Source: Octopus bimaculoides (Eukaryota). From it: a DNA stretch of 64,000 bases. Below the pieces are notes generated by a model. The model saw nothing but the letters and a program-made list of their open reading frames with translations. It ran no database searches and had not been told where the DNA came from. Shown here one piece after another: positions 39,381-52,785 of the stretch; position 1 is the first letter of the stretch; each line of letters opens with the position of its first letter. The stretch covers positions 13,303,576 through 13,367,575 of the forward strand of contig NC_068984.1 of assembly GCF_001194135.2 (NCBI RefSeq). The letters run 5' to 3'. Made by a program: the position numbers and the translations under genes.

Positions 39381-39689
39381 TCGGAAAGGAAAGGAAAATA
39401 AACAGGTTTTTAGGAAAGATGATCTATCATAATGAAAGACTGCAAATAGTGAGGGAGCAAAGTGTGAGGGAAAGAGGAAGCAGGAGAAAGAAAAGAAAAG
39501 TGATATAAAGTCTAAAGAAAGTGAAAGTAGGGGAAAACTGAGGGACAGATCAAATTTATGAAATAGCATAAAAGATAAATTATTTTATACACAAACAAAC
39601 GAGCGCACACAAAGATATCTCTATCCGATGATCTGTATAAACGAAATAAATTGTAAAGAGATGATGTACAATCTATATTTATTAGAAAA

Positions 39690-40310
39690 AGAGATAATGA
39701 TTCTCTCGTCCCTTACTCAGAGTTTTACACTATACTCAGGAGGTTTATATTCAGGATCATTTGGAGATCCTTTTTGTTATCTCCCGTGGGTACTTGTAAG
39801 GTCATTCTATTTAGTCACGGCTGATGATGTGATCGCATGTGTTTCAAATTTAGGAATAGCAGAGTTTATAATCTTTTCGTGTTGTAGTGGTGAAGAAGCA
39901 GATAACCAAATCCTAGTTTATTGGCATCGAGGAAAATTACTTCACGTAAGTGAACCGAGCAGGCAAGAGCCAACAGGTATAAATTGTGATCTTCGAGTGT
40001 TTGGAATTGCTTTCTAGAAGCCTTCGACGATGTTGGCAATAGATCACATCTCTATTAAAGAAGTGTAGCAGGTTGTGCCAGATTACAAAGCCTTTCAGTA
40101 AGACAGAGTCTACATTTCCGAGACAGGTTAATGCAAAAGTGTTATTGAATGATATTTCCTTTGCCGGTCCTAGACTCTTTTGACGAAATGAAGAAATTTG
40201 TCTTTTAAAATTCTTTCACCTGAACGAATAGAAATGTTGTAGGTAGGGACGTTGAAAGTGCTTGCAGTGAGATTTCTCTCAATGGCGTTTGGTAGTCGTA
40301 CGATTGCTTT
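39690..40310 (-). mobile_element. Decayed Jockey/CR1-group LINE (pre-RT region)
   Basis: KKGSPNDPEYKP..VRDERII resembles KKGDPSNPSNYRPI..KVMEII. Heavily degraded. Confidence 0.5.
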
Positions 40311-41189
40311 TTATAAACTTTCTTTAGAATTATAATTATATTAGATAGATGTTGATAATAACAAAATGGTTAATAGAAAGATAGGTGTATGCTTGTGGTT
40401 AGAGTGTCTGAACTAGGAAGTCGTGTTTTCCATACAGAAATAACTACCATAAGGTTTTGTAAGACGAAGACATTAAGTGGTTTATAAGCATGTGAGAAAA
40501 GATATCTAATACGAGGGCGAAAATTACTGGCTACGCGCGAGAAGACGTCTGCGCCATATTAAAGGGAAAATCACGTTGGCGTCCTTCTTCATGAATTCCA
40601 GGATTTCTGGACTGTGTTATCTGTGGTCTTATTCACACAAAATATATTTCCATTCATGTTGCTTCGAAGAAAAGTTATTTATGTTAGGGTCTTCAATGTT
40701 AAAAGATATGCATGTCTTAGAATAAAACAGAGATTCTCCTGGGTATTTCGGGTGCAATGTTCTGATGTGAGTGGAATATTATGTATCTTTTCATCGTACA
40801 CATTATTCAATATCGATCTTTCGTTTCACATTTCTACGCTTTTAGCCGCTGTTTTACAGTCTGACTATGTATCATTTGTCAGCCTCATAGCTCCCTCATA
40901 ATCTTACGTGTCTTATATGCTTATATGCGTGATTTTTTCTTTCTTCCTCTTTCTCTCTCTCTCTAAGAGATATATATATATATATATATATAAATTCAAT
41001 AAATAGAGTCAATAGATATATTCATTGTATGAAGTCAAATGTTTTGAACCAATGAAGTGGTCGAGACTTAAAACCTTCATCAGTGTTGTATTTACCAAAA
41101 TATTTCATGATGCTTTGAAAACAAGTTATATTGTAGGTCTATTGTAGTTTCTACAAATACACGTATAGTATAACAAGTGTTGCTATATG

Positions 41190-41420
41190 GTTATAAGTCT
41201 TGCTTCTAAATCAGATGGCTTTGGGTTCAGTTCCGAGGGTAACTGTGATATAGTGACGTTGTTCGTTCTTAGCATTCTATACATATTATTCCTGGCCACG
41301 GGGAAGTATTACCTTACTTGGAAAGAGTCGAGGGTTGACGACAGGAAGAGTAGTCATCGTAGTAATATCTGCATCAACAAATTCTGTCTGACCCATGCAA
41401 GCATGGAAACGTTTACGTTG
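41190..41420 (+). mobile_element. Degenerate SINE-like element (family E)
   Basis: GGGTTCAGTTCC B-box-like motif. The tail GGGTTGACGACAGGAAG..CTGACCCATGCAAGCATGGAAA is recognised from memory only. Confidence 0.5.
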
Positions 41421-41763
41421 TTTAACGTTTATGATGATAATATTATTACATGTTTACACAATCACATTTCTGATTAGAAGAAAATATACATTAAATGCAA
41501 TCTGAAAATATACGGCACTAAACGTGGAAATCACATAGGTAGATACAAATCATTAATTTGTACGTTTTAATTAAAAATTCCTCGGGTATATTTTAAACAA
41601 ATAGTCAATAACACCCGTATATATCATATATTTACTTCCGCACAGCATTTCCTAACAATTTATCTAAATCTGTAGCTTGAAGTTCTAAATTAATGGAGAA
41701 TATTCATTCATTGATATATTCATCTAAACTTCGTATTAACGTGACTATATGTATGTACAGACA

Positions 41764-41801
<38 letters not shown>

Positions 41802-42185
41802 NNNNNNNNNNNNNNNNNNNNNNNNNNNNNNNNNNNNNNNNNNNNNNNNNNNNNNNNNNNNNNNNNNNNNNNNNNNNNNNNNNNNNNNNNNNNNNNNNNN
41901 NNNNNNNNNNNNNNNNNNNNNNNNNNNNNNNNNNNNNNNNNNNNNNNNNNNNNNNNNNNNNNNNNNNNNNNNNNNNNNNNNNNATATATACATCCTCTCT
42001 GAAATAGTTACTTCCTGCACACATATGATTCTATTGCGATGGAGTTATATGTACAAAACAACCTTATACAAACATATGCGCACTATTCATGTTTACGTAC
42101 ATACAGGTGTAAAATACGTGTACACTTATATACGAGAGTAAACTAGTGCAATATAGACGCACACACACACACGTGTGTATATATA

Positions 42186-42507
42186 GCCAATGCGCATAGC
42201 TCAGTGGTTAGAGGGACGGGCTCTAACCACAATAGTGAATCCAGTTCCTGGACAAGATGCATGCTCTGTTTCTGAGTAAGGCACTTTATTTCACGTTGCT
42301 CCAGTTCACTCATCTGCAGAACTAAGTTGCGACGTCACAGGTGCCAAGCTGTATCAGACTATGTCTTTCCCTTGGTTAACATCGGTGGCATGGAGAGGGG
42401 AGGCTGATATGCATGGGCATACAACGTTGCCCGGACTTGTGCCTCAGAGGGTAACTTTCTAGGTGCAATCTCGCGGTCATTTATGCTCGGAGGTCTTTAC
42501 CCTTCAT
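42186..42507 (+). mobile_element. SINE family D, degenerate
   Basis: GCTCAGTGGTTAGAG head, and CACTTTATTTCACGTTGCTCCAGTTCACTCA shared with the 27.7-kb copy. Confidence 0.8.
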
Positions 42508-43420
42508 ATATATATATATGATAAATCTCTGAGCGAGGTATAAACAGTAGCAGCAGGACATCGTGAAGTACGTGTGCCACCTAAATGTGGCTAATCCTTA
42601 AGAGTCGACTCTACTGCAGCTTCTAGCCCCAGGAAGACATCTCCTCCAGCTGGCTATTGACACGCTATCTGTGTCCTATCAGCATTTTCAAAGGGAAGTC
42701 ATCGTTCCCATCTCCAGCCTGTCGTGATACACACGGACCCGAGTTTCTGGGTATTGACCCGTCGTATATTTGGACTAATCCACTGTTGATATTTCTACTC
42801 TCACTTACTATTTTACTTCTACCTGCTTTTTACTCTCTATCCCTCTCCATATGATTCTTTCTCTTTTCCTCTTCTTCTTATTCCTCACTTTCACTTACTT
42901 CGGGCATTTATTTAAAATGCCCTGTCTTTATATACCGACTCATGGCGACGGGAAGTGATTCTCAATGCAAATATATATACTTTTTCCATTGACGAAAAGT
43001 CACTGATCTCGAAAAATTGGAAACAAACAATAATAAAACTCTCTCTCTATATATATGTGAGTATATGCGTCTTTATAGCATTATCTTGCACTCGGCATAT
43101 ATATATATATANNNNNNNNNNNNNNNNNNNNNNNNNNNNNNNNNNNNNNNNNNNNNNNNNNNNNNNNNNNNNNNNNNNNNNNNNNNNNNNNNNNNNNNNN
43201 NNNNNNNNNNNNNNNNNNNNNNNNNNNNNNNNNNNNNNNNNNNNNNNNNNNNNNNNNNNNNNNNNNNNNNNNNNNNNNNNNNNNNNNNNNNNNNNNNNNN
43301 NNNNNNNNNNNNNNNNNNNNNNNNNNNNNNNNNNNNNNNNNNNNNNNNNNNNNNNNNNNNNNNNNNNNNNNNNNNNNNNNNNNNNNNNNNNNNNNNNNNN
43401 NNNNNNNNNNNNNNNNNNNN

Positions 43421-43461
<41 letters not shown>

Positions 43462-44404
43462 TATATTCGAATAAAACACGTTGGGGATCCCTAAATGGTC
43501 AATCTCAGTGCTAGAAAAAGCAGTCAAATGTTCTTGAAATTACGCGCTGCAGTTTTGAAATGAGAGACACGTTGGATAATACAGTATCTGATCCTTGACT
43601 TGGTGCACAAGAGACAAACTGGGCTACTTAGAGCTGGCGCTTCTTTTTTGATCACACTTTTCCATCTGGACAGACCTATTAGTAAATATCATAGGACAAA
43701 TAATAACTCAACAACAACACTAACAACAACAACAACAACAGGAATGCAAGGAACGTATACGCATCTGCGAGTGCGTATGCATCCATCAGAAAACAGAACC
43801 ATACATGGAAGTATGAGAATGACAACGATGACGATGATGATGACAAAGTGCAGTTATACGGAATCGTATGGGTCTGTGCGTGTTAAACTCTCATACATTA
43901 TAAACGCCTACCCGGATATAAACGAGAACTTAATGGCTAAATTTTGTAACAAGAAGTCAGTATGAATCCTTAGAAATGACGGCAGACGAAGTGTTTATCG
44001 GAAAACACAGCTTAATACCGAAATCCAAGAAGGCATAGCTACTTATATTTCTGTATCTCTGAGTTAAATTATTATAAAGTTAGTAAATTATGTATGATAG
44101 GAACACTACTGTTAGTTTTTATTGATCTGACTTCATTATTCTTCACTGCTTGCCGTATTAATCCTTCGCTTCTGAAATAATAACATTAATTTCTTCAGTA
44201 AAACTTTAACTGTAGATTAATATTTGAACGGTTTTATCGTCTCTCGTCTTCCATTTTTTTCTCTCTCTCTCTTTAAATGAATTATTGGAGCATTAGAAAA
44301 TGTCAAGGCGGCTGTTTAAATTATACAGTTTATATATTTTTTCTCTTCATCTTTACATAAAGTTAGTAGTGTTTCTATCGGACCACGCACGCACACGCAC
44401 ACGA

Positions 44405-44444
<40 letters not shown>

Positions 44445-44515
44445 GCACACACACAGACACATATACACACATACACACACATACACACACGTACACGCGT
44501 GCATGTGTGTATGTG

Positions 44516-44746
44516 TGGCGAGCTGGCAGAAATGTTAGCCCGCCGGGCGAAATGCTTAGCGGTATTTCGTCTGCCCGCTACGTTCTGAGTTCAAATTCCG
44601 CCGAGGTCGACTTTGCCTTTCATCCTTTCGGGGTCCATTAAATAAGTACCAGTTACGCACTGAGGTCGATGTAATCGACTTAATCCGTTTGTCTGTCCTT
44701 GTTTGTCCTCTCTGTGTGTAGCCCCTTGTGGGCAGTAAAGAAATAA
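44516..44746 (+). mobile_element. SINE family B, full length
   Basis: GGCGAGCTGGCAGAA head, GAGTTCAAATTCC B box and central domain. Confidence 0.92.
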
Positions 44747-44759
44747 CACGTACACGCCG

Positions 44760-45470
44760 TTCCAACAAATATGGCCATTGCGACGGTGACAACAATTCCC
44801 ACCGCTGTTACCATTGCACCATTCCTATCAGCATTGCCGTTATTTTCGATATAATCATCACCACCACCATCATCATCATCATCATCAACAACAACAACAA
44901 CAACACAGATGCCACTAGCAGTAATATAACGACGACGACGATGACGACAACGCCGATGACAAACACCACCACCGCCACCGCCGCCGTCGCCACTATCAGC
45001 ACCACTACCACCTTAACAGCCGTTTCGACAGCAAAAGCTCTATCAACATCGTCATCACCGATAACAGGATGATCAACTACCACTATGACCAACATAACAT
45101 CCAGCACCAGCACCACCAGCACCACCAGCACAACCACCAAAACCACCACCACCACCACCACCAGCAAAACTACCACCAGTACCAACATCACCAGCTGCAT
45201 TGCCACCGCCACCACCACAACTAACACCACCACGATGACTACGACGACGATGACCCCCCCCTGCCACGATGATGACTACCACGGCTGCCACCATAACTAC
45301 CGCCTCTAACAACAACGGTGACAGATTCCACAAGAAAGCTGTAAGAACATTGCCATAACACGACGACCTCCATCATTACCATCACCAATACGACAACCAT
45401 CACCACGCCACCACCACAACCACCACCAATACAGCCAAACGCATCACCATTACCACCAATACTGGTGTAA
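44760..45470. repeat. Low-complexity ACC/ACG/CAT/CAA trinucleotide mosaic
   Basis: Directly visible. Similar tracts at 23040-23270, 25403-25720, 61765-61945 and 63290-63560. Confidence 0.9.
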
Positions 45471-46788
45471 GACATCGTAAATATTCGGATATTTGACTCT
45501 CTCAGAGTCTGATTTTAACCAGTTGTAAATGTATGACACGAGTCTTTTACAGAACACCATTGTGAACACAAAACACATACTCTATACCAGTGTCTCTCAA
45601 CGTGGGGCGTGGGAAAATTGGAGTGGGGCATGCGTTAGTGTGGGTTGTGAAAATTTTTGCAAGTGACTTGAGCGCAGACTTGTCTACCCTATACTTGAAT
45701 ACTGAAAAGAAACGAAAAAAAAAACATCGCCATGCAATATTTATATTTAAACCATGGGAATTGATGTAGCTACGACCGATCAGCATACTGAGTGAGGTAT
45801 CTGCATTTGTTAGGCGTTTGTTTCTCTGGTTCAATATCTGCCGATTACGCAAAAGGGAAAAGAACATTGACATCTCATTTTAACAGATATATCTATCAAA
45901 ATTACATAAAAAATATCTCGAAATACTAAAGAGTAAATTTATTCAATAAAGTCGTCATTGGCTGCAACTAAGGTCTCCAGACGACTGCGGAATCAAGAGG
46001 GAGTTAGGTGGCCAGATGTTAGGGGTCATGTAGTCGCAGAAATTGTCTGACAGTCATGACTGGGTTCTCCTACTTGTCATGAGGACAGATCTGGTATTCT
46101 GTCGTAATTTATACTCATAAGTGAAACCTACGGTAACGTTGTATCAATATCTACTTTCTTGACATTTGTTCATTATTTTAGAACAAATTAAAGCGAACAA
46201 CCAAATAAAATAAATGAATAAATATAATTTTAACATGATAATTTTAATTCAGCTTGTTTTTTGAAATCTATTTCTTAAGAATTACTGTGTTTTTTTTTTA
46301 CAGCAGACACATACATTTCAAAGTTTTTTTTTTATAAAAACAAATTCGATTTCAAATAGTTTATTTGATCATTTAAAACCTAATTACTAATTCACATATT
46401 TATTTTAAATGATATAATCATTTATTCAAAATTAATAAAATTCAAATGAAAGAAACAAAAATAGAATTACAAAAAATAATAATAAATAAATAAACATTTT
46501 AAAGTATTCGACATTTTAATGAAATTCTTTCAAATTAACATCAACAGACTTATGATGCATAAGTCAAATCTAATGAATATTTACAAGCACGTATTCTTTT
46601 TATAGTACAAACCTAATAATATAATTTGTGGAGGAAGAAAAGCCCCCAAATATCCAGATAACTGAGAAAAATTCTACAAAAAATTGCAATATTATTCCTC
46701 CTTAGTTTTCATTTTTCCATTCCTTATTACACCAATTTTTAAAGTTTCTTTCAACATGTTTCAAATGTCTGGTGGCATCATTATTATT

Positions 46789-46902
46789 GTACTCGCACGT
46801 ATTGTGGCAGTATGTATGCTAAAATTGGAACGAAAGAAAGAAGAATTATATGCACCCAGCGCAAGGATGGTACGTAAATTCGTGGAGCTTTATTTGGATA
46901 TT
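46789..46902 (+). pseudogene. U6: U6 snRNA pseudogene, near full length and degenerate
   Basis: GTACTCGC..GGCAGTATGTATGCTAAAATTGGAACGA..AGAAGA..CCCAGCGCAAGGATG..ACGTAAATTCGTGGAGC is collinear with the U6 consensus. The ACAGAGA box is mutated to AAGAAAGA and there is no T-run terminator. Confidence 0.85.
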
Positions 46903-47394
46903 CTGGCGGGTTTCGGTGAGGAAGAGAGAAAGGGAGGGAGAGAGAAAGAGTGTGAGAGAGATAGAGAGAGAAAAAGGAGGTAGTGTGGGGGTGGGGGAGA
47001 AATGTTTAAAAAAAGACACTTAAGATATGAACAAAGAAAGCTTAAACTAAATCCAAATGCTGTACCAGGACCATGCATCTGGTCACCTGACAATTATTAG
47101 TTATTTTCTGCAATTTGCTCTCGTAAGCCAAGCAACCCTACTCTCCCTGCGTGAGGTTTTTTCTTTTCGTAAACGTGGGATTCACCAAAACAGCTCTTTG
47201 TTTTCAAATTATAAATGATCCCCCCAAAAGGTTACTACGAGAACTGCGAATTATCTCAGAAATTATGTTCCAAGATGCATTCTAAAACCAAGAAAAATGT
47301 TAGGAGCGGTGGACCAAGAACAAAAGGAGTTCTTTGGTTGGTGACACGTTAAATTATATTGTAAGGCAATAGACTGTCTTTGTCTTCAGTTTAT

Positions 47395-47676
47395 TGTTTT
47401 ACTCTTTTATTCATTTATTTGTTTCATTTGACTGCGGCCATGCTAGAGCACCACTTCGATCAAATCGTTAAACATTTTGCCCAGCTAGCTAACGATTCCG
47501 CCAGCTTGCCTTGTACGTACGTACGTATGTATGTATGTATGTATGTATGTATGTATGTATGTATGTATGTATGTATGTATGCGTAGTACTTATTCTATCG
47601 GTCTCTTAAGCCGATCCTCTAAGTTACGGGGAATTAAACACACCAGCATCTGTTGTAAAGGGATGGCGAGCGACAA

Positions 47677-47760
<84 letters not shown>

Positions 47761-47937
47761 ATGTGTGTGTGTGTGTGTATACGACTTACAAGGCTTTGGT
47801 CGGCCCGAGGCTACAGTAGAAGACATGTGTCCAAGTTGCCACGCAATGGGATTGAACCTGGAACCATGTGGGTTCTGTCCCACTGCGTGGTACCTGGGGC
47901 AAGTGTTTTCTACTATAGCCTCGGGTCTACCAAAGCC
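47395..47937 (-). mobile_element. SINE family A (-) with a family B head fragment inside and an inverted family A piece at 47870-47937
   Basis: Family A tail, a family B head fragment near 47460-47510, microsatellites, the A body, then an inverted copy of the body. Confidence 0.8.
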
Positions 47938-47989
47938 GGTGACTTTTTTAACAGACCTCATATTAATACAAGCACACTAGCGCCAATAT

Positions 47990-48192
47990 CACAGAATCGT
48001 TATCACGCCGGTCAAAATGCTTAGCGGCAGTTCGTCCGTCTTTACTTTCTGATTTTAAATTCCACTAAGCTTGAATTTTCCTTTCATCCTTTCGGGGTTG
48101 ATAAAAATGAGTACCATTTGAGCACTGGGGTCGATATAATCGACTTACTCCCTCCCTTGAAATTTCTGGCCTTGTGCCAAAAGTGGAAACCG
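47990..48192 (+). mobile_element. SINE family B
   Basis: Central domain CCTTTCATCCTTTCGGGGTTGATAAAAATGAGTACC. Confidence 0.8.
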
Positions 48193-48235
48193 ATAAATAC
48201 ACGCGCGCACACTTACTCGCACACACGCAAACAGA

Positions 48236-48293
<58 letters not shown>

Positions 48294-48699
48294 CGCACAC
48301 ACACACATACACACACACACACACACACGGATTTGTGTGTGTGTCCCGCACGTGTGTGTGCGCGTGTGTGTGTCTGTGTGTGTATTTCTTTAGTCAAGCT
48401 TCAAACATCTTAAATTCAACATGAAAGGGAATTTATGGCGATTATGCGATTTCTAAATACCGTAATGTTATAACAAAAAAATAATACATTCAACCAGGAA
48501 TCGTACCCAAAATTGAATTGTTGCCTCCATCAATCGAGAGTTGCCTTTCGTCTTTGTGTATTGGCAATATACTGTAATTACTTATTACATCACATGTGAA
48601 CAGAACAAGCATCATTCCAATATCGAAACAAGAATACCGTCTCCATTCACTTGGAGCTAACTTAGTTTCGTTACTGCATTTGTATTGATACGTTATTGA

Positions 48700-49650
48700 T
48701 TTCTAACAGTAGTGTGGTCCCGAAATTGTGGCGAAGGTTTAGTATAGTCGATTATATCGACACAACTATTTGATTGATACTTTATTTTATCGACCTCGGA
48801 AAGATGAAAGGCAAAGTGGAATTGAACGCAAAACGGAAAATGACATAACTAAATATCTCAGGATATTTGTCTGAGGGTTTAATATTTCTACCAATCCTCA
48901 GCCTTTGTGTATCGCTGAGTGGCATGCATATATGAGGATCATAGATTTTCGAAAGAATAATTTTCCTATACCATTGATTATAAGTAAAAGCCTCAGAGTC
49001 GAAAGTTGAAATTACAGGCTCCGTAAGAGGGTTATGGAAGCTTTGTAGTAATCCAAAATTTCACTGAATGTAATTGACATTGAATTGTTTTTGCCGCATA
49101 GTCACAAAATTGTGTAAATAATATATTTCCCATACAAATAACCAATTCTGGCTCCCATGCAATAATAAATTTCTAAAATATTGACCTGTTATCAGCGCTA
49201 AGCCTCATATATATGTGTAGCAATATATATATGATTATGGAAACCCCTGTACTGTGAACTGACTTTTACTTTATATAGCATGGAAAGAATAAAGACCAAA
49301 TCCACTTCGGCTGGATTCGAAAGTGCGACACATCGAGGCCTAATATACTGCAGTAACTCATTCGTCCAACCCAATTCTGCCCATGTACCGCGCCTTTTCA
49401 GTATTCCATTGATTCAGATACTTATAAATCATTTTATGTATCATGTATTTTTTTTAAATTTTGGGACGAAGCCAACAAGTTTGCAGAAAGGGGTAAACTG
49501 ATTGTAGCGACCCCAATGCTCAAGCAATAATTATTTTATTGACTCCGAAGGAAAGGTAAAGTCAGTCTTGATGGAATTTGAACTTAGAAATCAAAGACGG
49601 GAGAAATGCCGCTAAACATTTTGCCCGACGTGCTAACGATTCTGCCAGCT
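48700..49650 (-). mobile_element. Two degenerate SINE family B copies (~48700-48900 and ~49450-49650)
   Basis: Partial matches to the family B domain and head. Confidence 0.65.
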
Positions 49651-49699
49651 CACCTTGTACGTTTGTATGTCTCTTCAATTTTTTTTTAATTACTATAAA

Positions 49700-50127
49700 T
49701 CTTCCACAGTGGAGGGAGCCGGTTTCCCACATAGATATGAAGCTCCATCTTTGGGATGTAGTTAACACAGACAAATTCAAATTTGGAACTTGAGAAAACT
49801 CTTGCATATTTTTACTGTTCCACTCACAGATTGCACTTGTATGTACGAATGAACCGTCGATTTCTCTTCCTGAAAACCCCAGTTTATCTAGATTCTCCTT
49901 TCAGTATTTACTAACACATCCCAGTGCTCCAATTATTATTGGAATGAGTAGGAATTCATAGTCTGGATATAGAAGCTGGAGGTTTCGAAGCAGTTGTTCA
50001 CAGATATCCTCTTTTTCTTTGATTTTCAAAGAGATATTTATATTTTCAGGGTAGCTGACCTCTACGACGGTACACACCTTTGCCCATCTGTCCCAAATAA
50101 CAATATCCGGCCTGTTTTACATTTACC
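49700..50127 (-). mobile_element. R4/Dong RLE 3' fragment (second subfamily)
   Basis: Translates RPDIVIWDR..VCTVVEVSYPENINISLKIKEKED..LLRNLQLLYPDY..IPIIIGALG..TVKICKSF. Its 5' junction is in the (TACA)n array. Confidence 0.88.
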
Positions 50128-50425
50128 ATGTATGTATGTATGTATGTATGTATGTATGTATGTATGTATGTATGTATGTATGCATGTATGTATGTATGTG
50201 TGTATGTATGTATGTATGTATGTGTGTATGTATGTGTGTATGTATGTATGTATGCATGTATGTATGTATGTATGTGTGTATGTATGTATGTATGTATGTT
50301 TGCATGTATGTATGTGTGTATGTATGTTTGCATGTATGTATGTATGTGTGTATGTATGTATGTATGTATGCATAGATGTATGTATGTATGTATGCATGTA
50401 TGCATGTATGTATGTATGTATATAT
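50128..50425. repeat. Degenerate (ATGT)n array, ~300 bp
   Basis: Directly visible; it is the source of the MYVC/HTYI ORFs. Confidence 0.97.
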
Positions 50426-50828
50426 GTCGTTATTTAGTTTTATTTCAAGATTTCTTGTCAATAGAGAGAGAGTCAGTTTCTAACCTAAATCCAAGGCTCC
50501 TTCATTAGAATTTCAGCAATATGAAGATATGTATGTATGTATGTATGTATGTATGTGTGTGTGTGTGTAGATTATGTATGCTTTATGTATGTATTCTCAT
50601 GTATATAGCGGCATATCTAGATATGCTCATATATACTTTAATGATAAACATCTGGAAAGTTTTACAAATTTTTATAGTTCCAGTGATAGATTGGATCAGC
50701 AGTCTAAATTAGCTTTCTCCTTTCTGGTTTTGGGAAGCTTAATTTCTCAAGATTGATATCTAGGTAGTTGTTACATATCCCAGTTCCCCAATAATTACAG
50801 GTATAAACCTGAACTGAATGTATAAATG
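50426..50828 (-). mobile_element. R4/Dong 3' fragment, same family as 6715-7433
   Basis: Translates FIPVIIGELGYV..GTIKICKTFQMF*. The 3' UTR has an internal CA/TACA tract and ends in (TACA)n. Confidence 0.85.
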
Positions 50829-50981
50829 TATATATGTATATATATATATATATGTATGTATTTACGTTTGTATCTGTCTGTCTGTCTGACTGTCTAAACT
50901 CGCAAAGATCCTGGTTCTGATTCTAATAAATTTTATGTATTTAGAAAGCCGTTTGCTACGACAATGTGGAATATATATATT

Positions 50982-51078
<97 letters not shown>

Positions 51079-51815
51079 ACAGACACAGACACACACACAC
51101 AAATAGATAGACAGACAGATACTCACGTTTTGAAAAATATTTTGTTTGTATAACGAAACATCTGTGCATGTGCGTGTGTGTGTGCGAGAGAGAGAGAGAG
51201 GGGGAGAGAGGGAGAGAGGGACAGTATACGAGCGGGTGTGTATGCGTGTATGACTATGGGTGTGTGTGCATCTGTTAGTATTTGATTGTTACAGTTTTAC
51301 GCCATTATAATAATTTATGTAAAAACTTATAATAGAGCTACACACATATATAGACGTTCTAAGGAGGAGTAAAAGGTGGAGGTGAAGCAGCATCTACAGC
51401 TGTAGTGTATGTTGTAGAAAAGAAATATTCTGTGAAGAAATTTCTAGATACATCGTACAAATTAATGTATCGATGTTGCCTTTAGTAGGGCCATTATCTT
51501 AAGGAATGATCAAAGATATACGTACATACATACATACATACATACATACATACATTATTTCCACCAGAAATGAGGAAAACTGCATGAAGCGATTAAGACG
51601 TAGAATGGAGCCAATAGAAAAGGAGAAGAACGGGAAGAACAATGTTAATACAATCAGGAGTCGGGGAGAAAAGGAATGGTAATAAGCGATATAGGCACAA
51701 AGAACCACCATCTTGAAATACAAGAAAGGAAATGCGTGAAGAATATAATTACTAATTTGAATCAGGGCAACAGCAAGGCAGCAAGAATGAGGAGTCCTAC
51801 AGTATGTAAACATTC

Positions 51816-51849
<34 letters not shown>

Positions 51850-52750
51850 CATATACATATATATACATGTATATATATACTTATATATATATATACATAC
51901 ATATATATATATATNNNNNNNNNNNNNNNNNNNNNNNNNNNNNNNNNNNNNNNNNNNNNNNNNNNNNNNNNNNNNNNNNNNNNNNNNNNNNNNNNNNNNN
52001 NNNNNNNNNNNNNNNNNNNNNNNNNNNNNNNNNNNNNNNNNNNNNNNNNNNNNNNNNNNNNNNNNNNNNNNNNNNNNNNNNNNNNNNNNNNNNNNNNNNN
52101 NNNNNNNNNNNNNNNNNNNNNNNNNNNNNNNNNNNNNNNNNNNNNNNNNNNNNNNNNNNNNNNNNNNNNNNNNNNNNNNNNNNNNNNNNNNNNNNNNNNN
52201 NNNNNNNNNNNNNNNNNNNNNNNNNNNNNNNNNNNNNNNNNNNNNNNNNNNNNNNNNNNNNNNNNNNNNNNNNNNNNNNNNNNNNNNNNNNNNNNNNNNN
52301 NNNNNNNNNNNNNNNNNNNNNNNNNNNNNNNNNNNNNNNNNNNNNNNNNNNNNNNNNNNNNNNNNNNNNNNNNNNNNNNNNNNNNNNNNNNNNNNNNNNN
52401 NNNNNNNNNNNNNNNNNNNNNNNNNNNNNNNNNNNNNNNNNNNNNNNNNNNNNNNNNNNNNNNNNNNNNNNNNNNNNNNNNNNNNNNNNNNNNNNNNNNN
52501 NNNNNNNNNNNNNNNNNNNNNNNNNNNNNNNNNNNNNNNNNNNNNNNNNNNNNNNNNNNNNNNNNNNNNNNNNNNNNNNNNNNNNNNNNNNNNNNNNNNN
52601 NNNTATATATGTATATATATGTATATATACATCTATATACATATATATATATATGCATGCATATATATACTAATACATATATATGTATATATATATATAC
52701 ATATACATATATATACATGTATATATATACTTATATATATATATACATAC

Positions 52751-52785
<35 letters not shown>

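Noticed and set aside
40500-40620. CpG-rich patch as a promoter or exon
   Set aside because: It is adjacent to a decayed LINE and has no supporting donor or start context.
44728-45475. Thr-rich mucin-like or Gly/Val-rich ORFs
   Set aside because: The region is a trinucleotide mosaic open in several frames on both strands, with no splice context. It begins inside a SINE tail.
45589-45612. hAT-like terminus CAGTGTCTCTCAACGTGGGG
   Set aside because: No matching opposite TIR or 8-bp TSD was found.
46811-46869. 59-nt exon candidate MYAKIGTKERRIICTQRKD
   Set aside because: It is explained by the U6 pseudogene.
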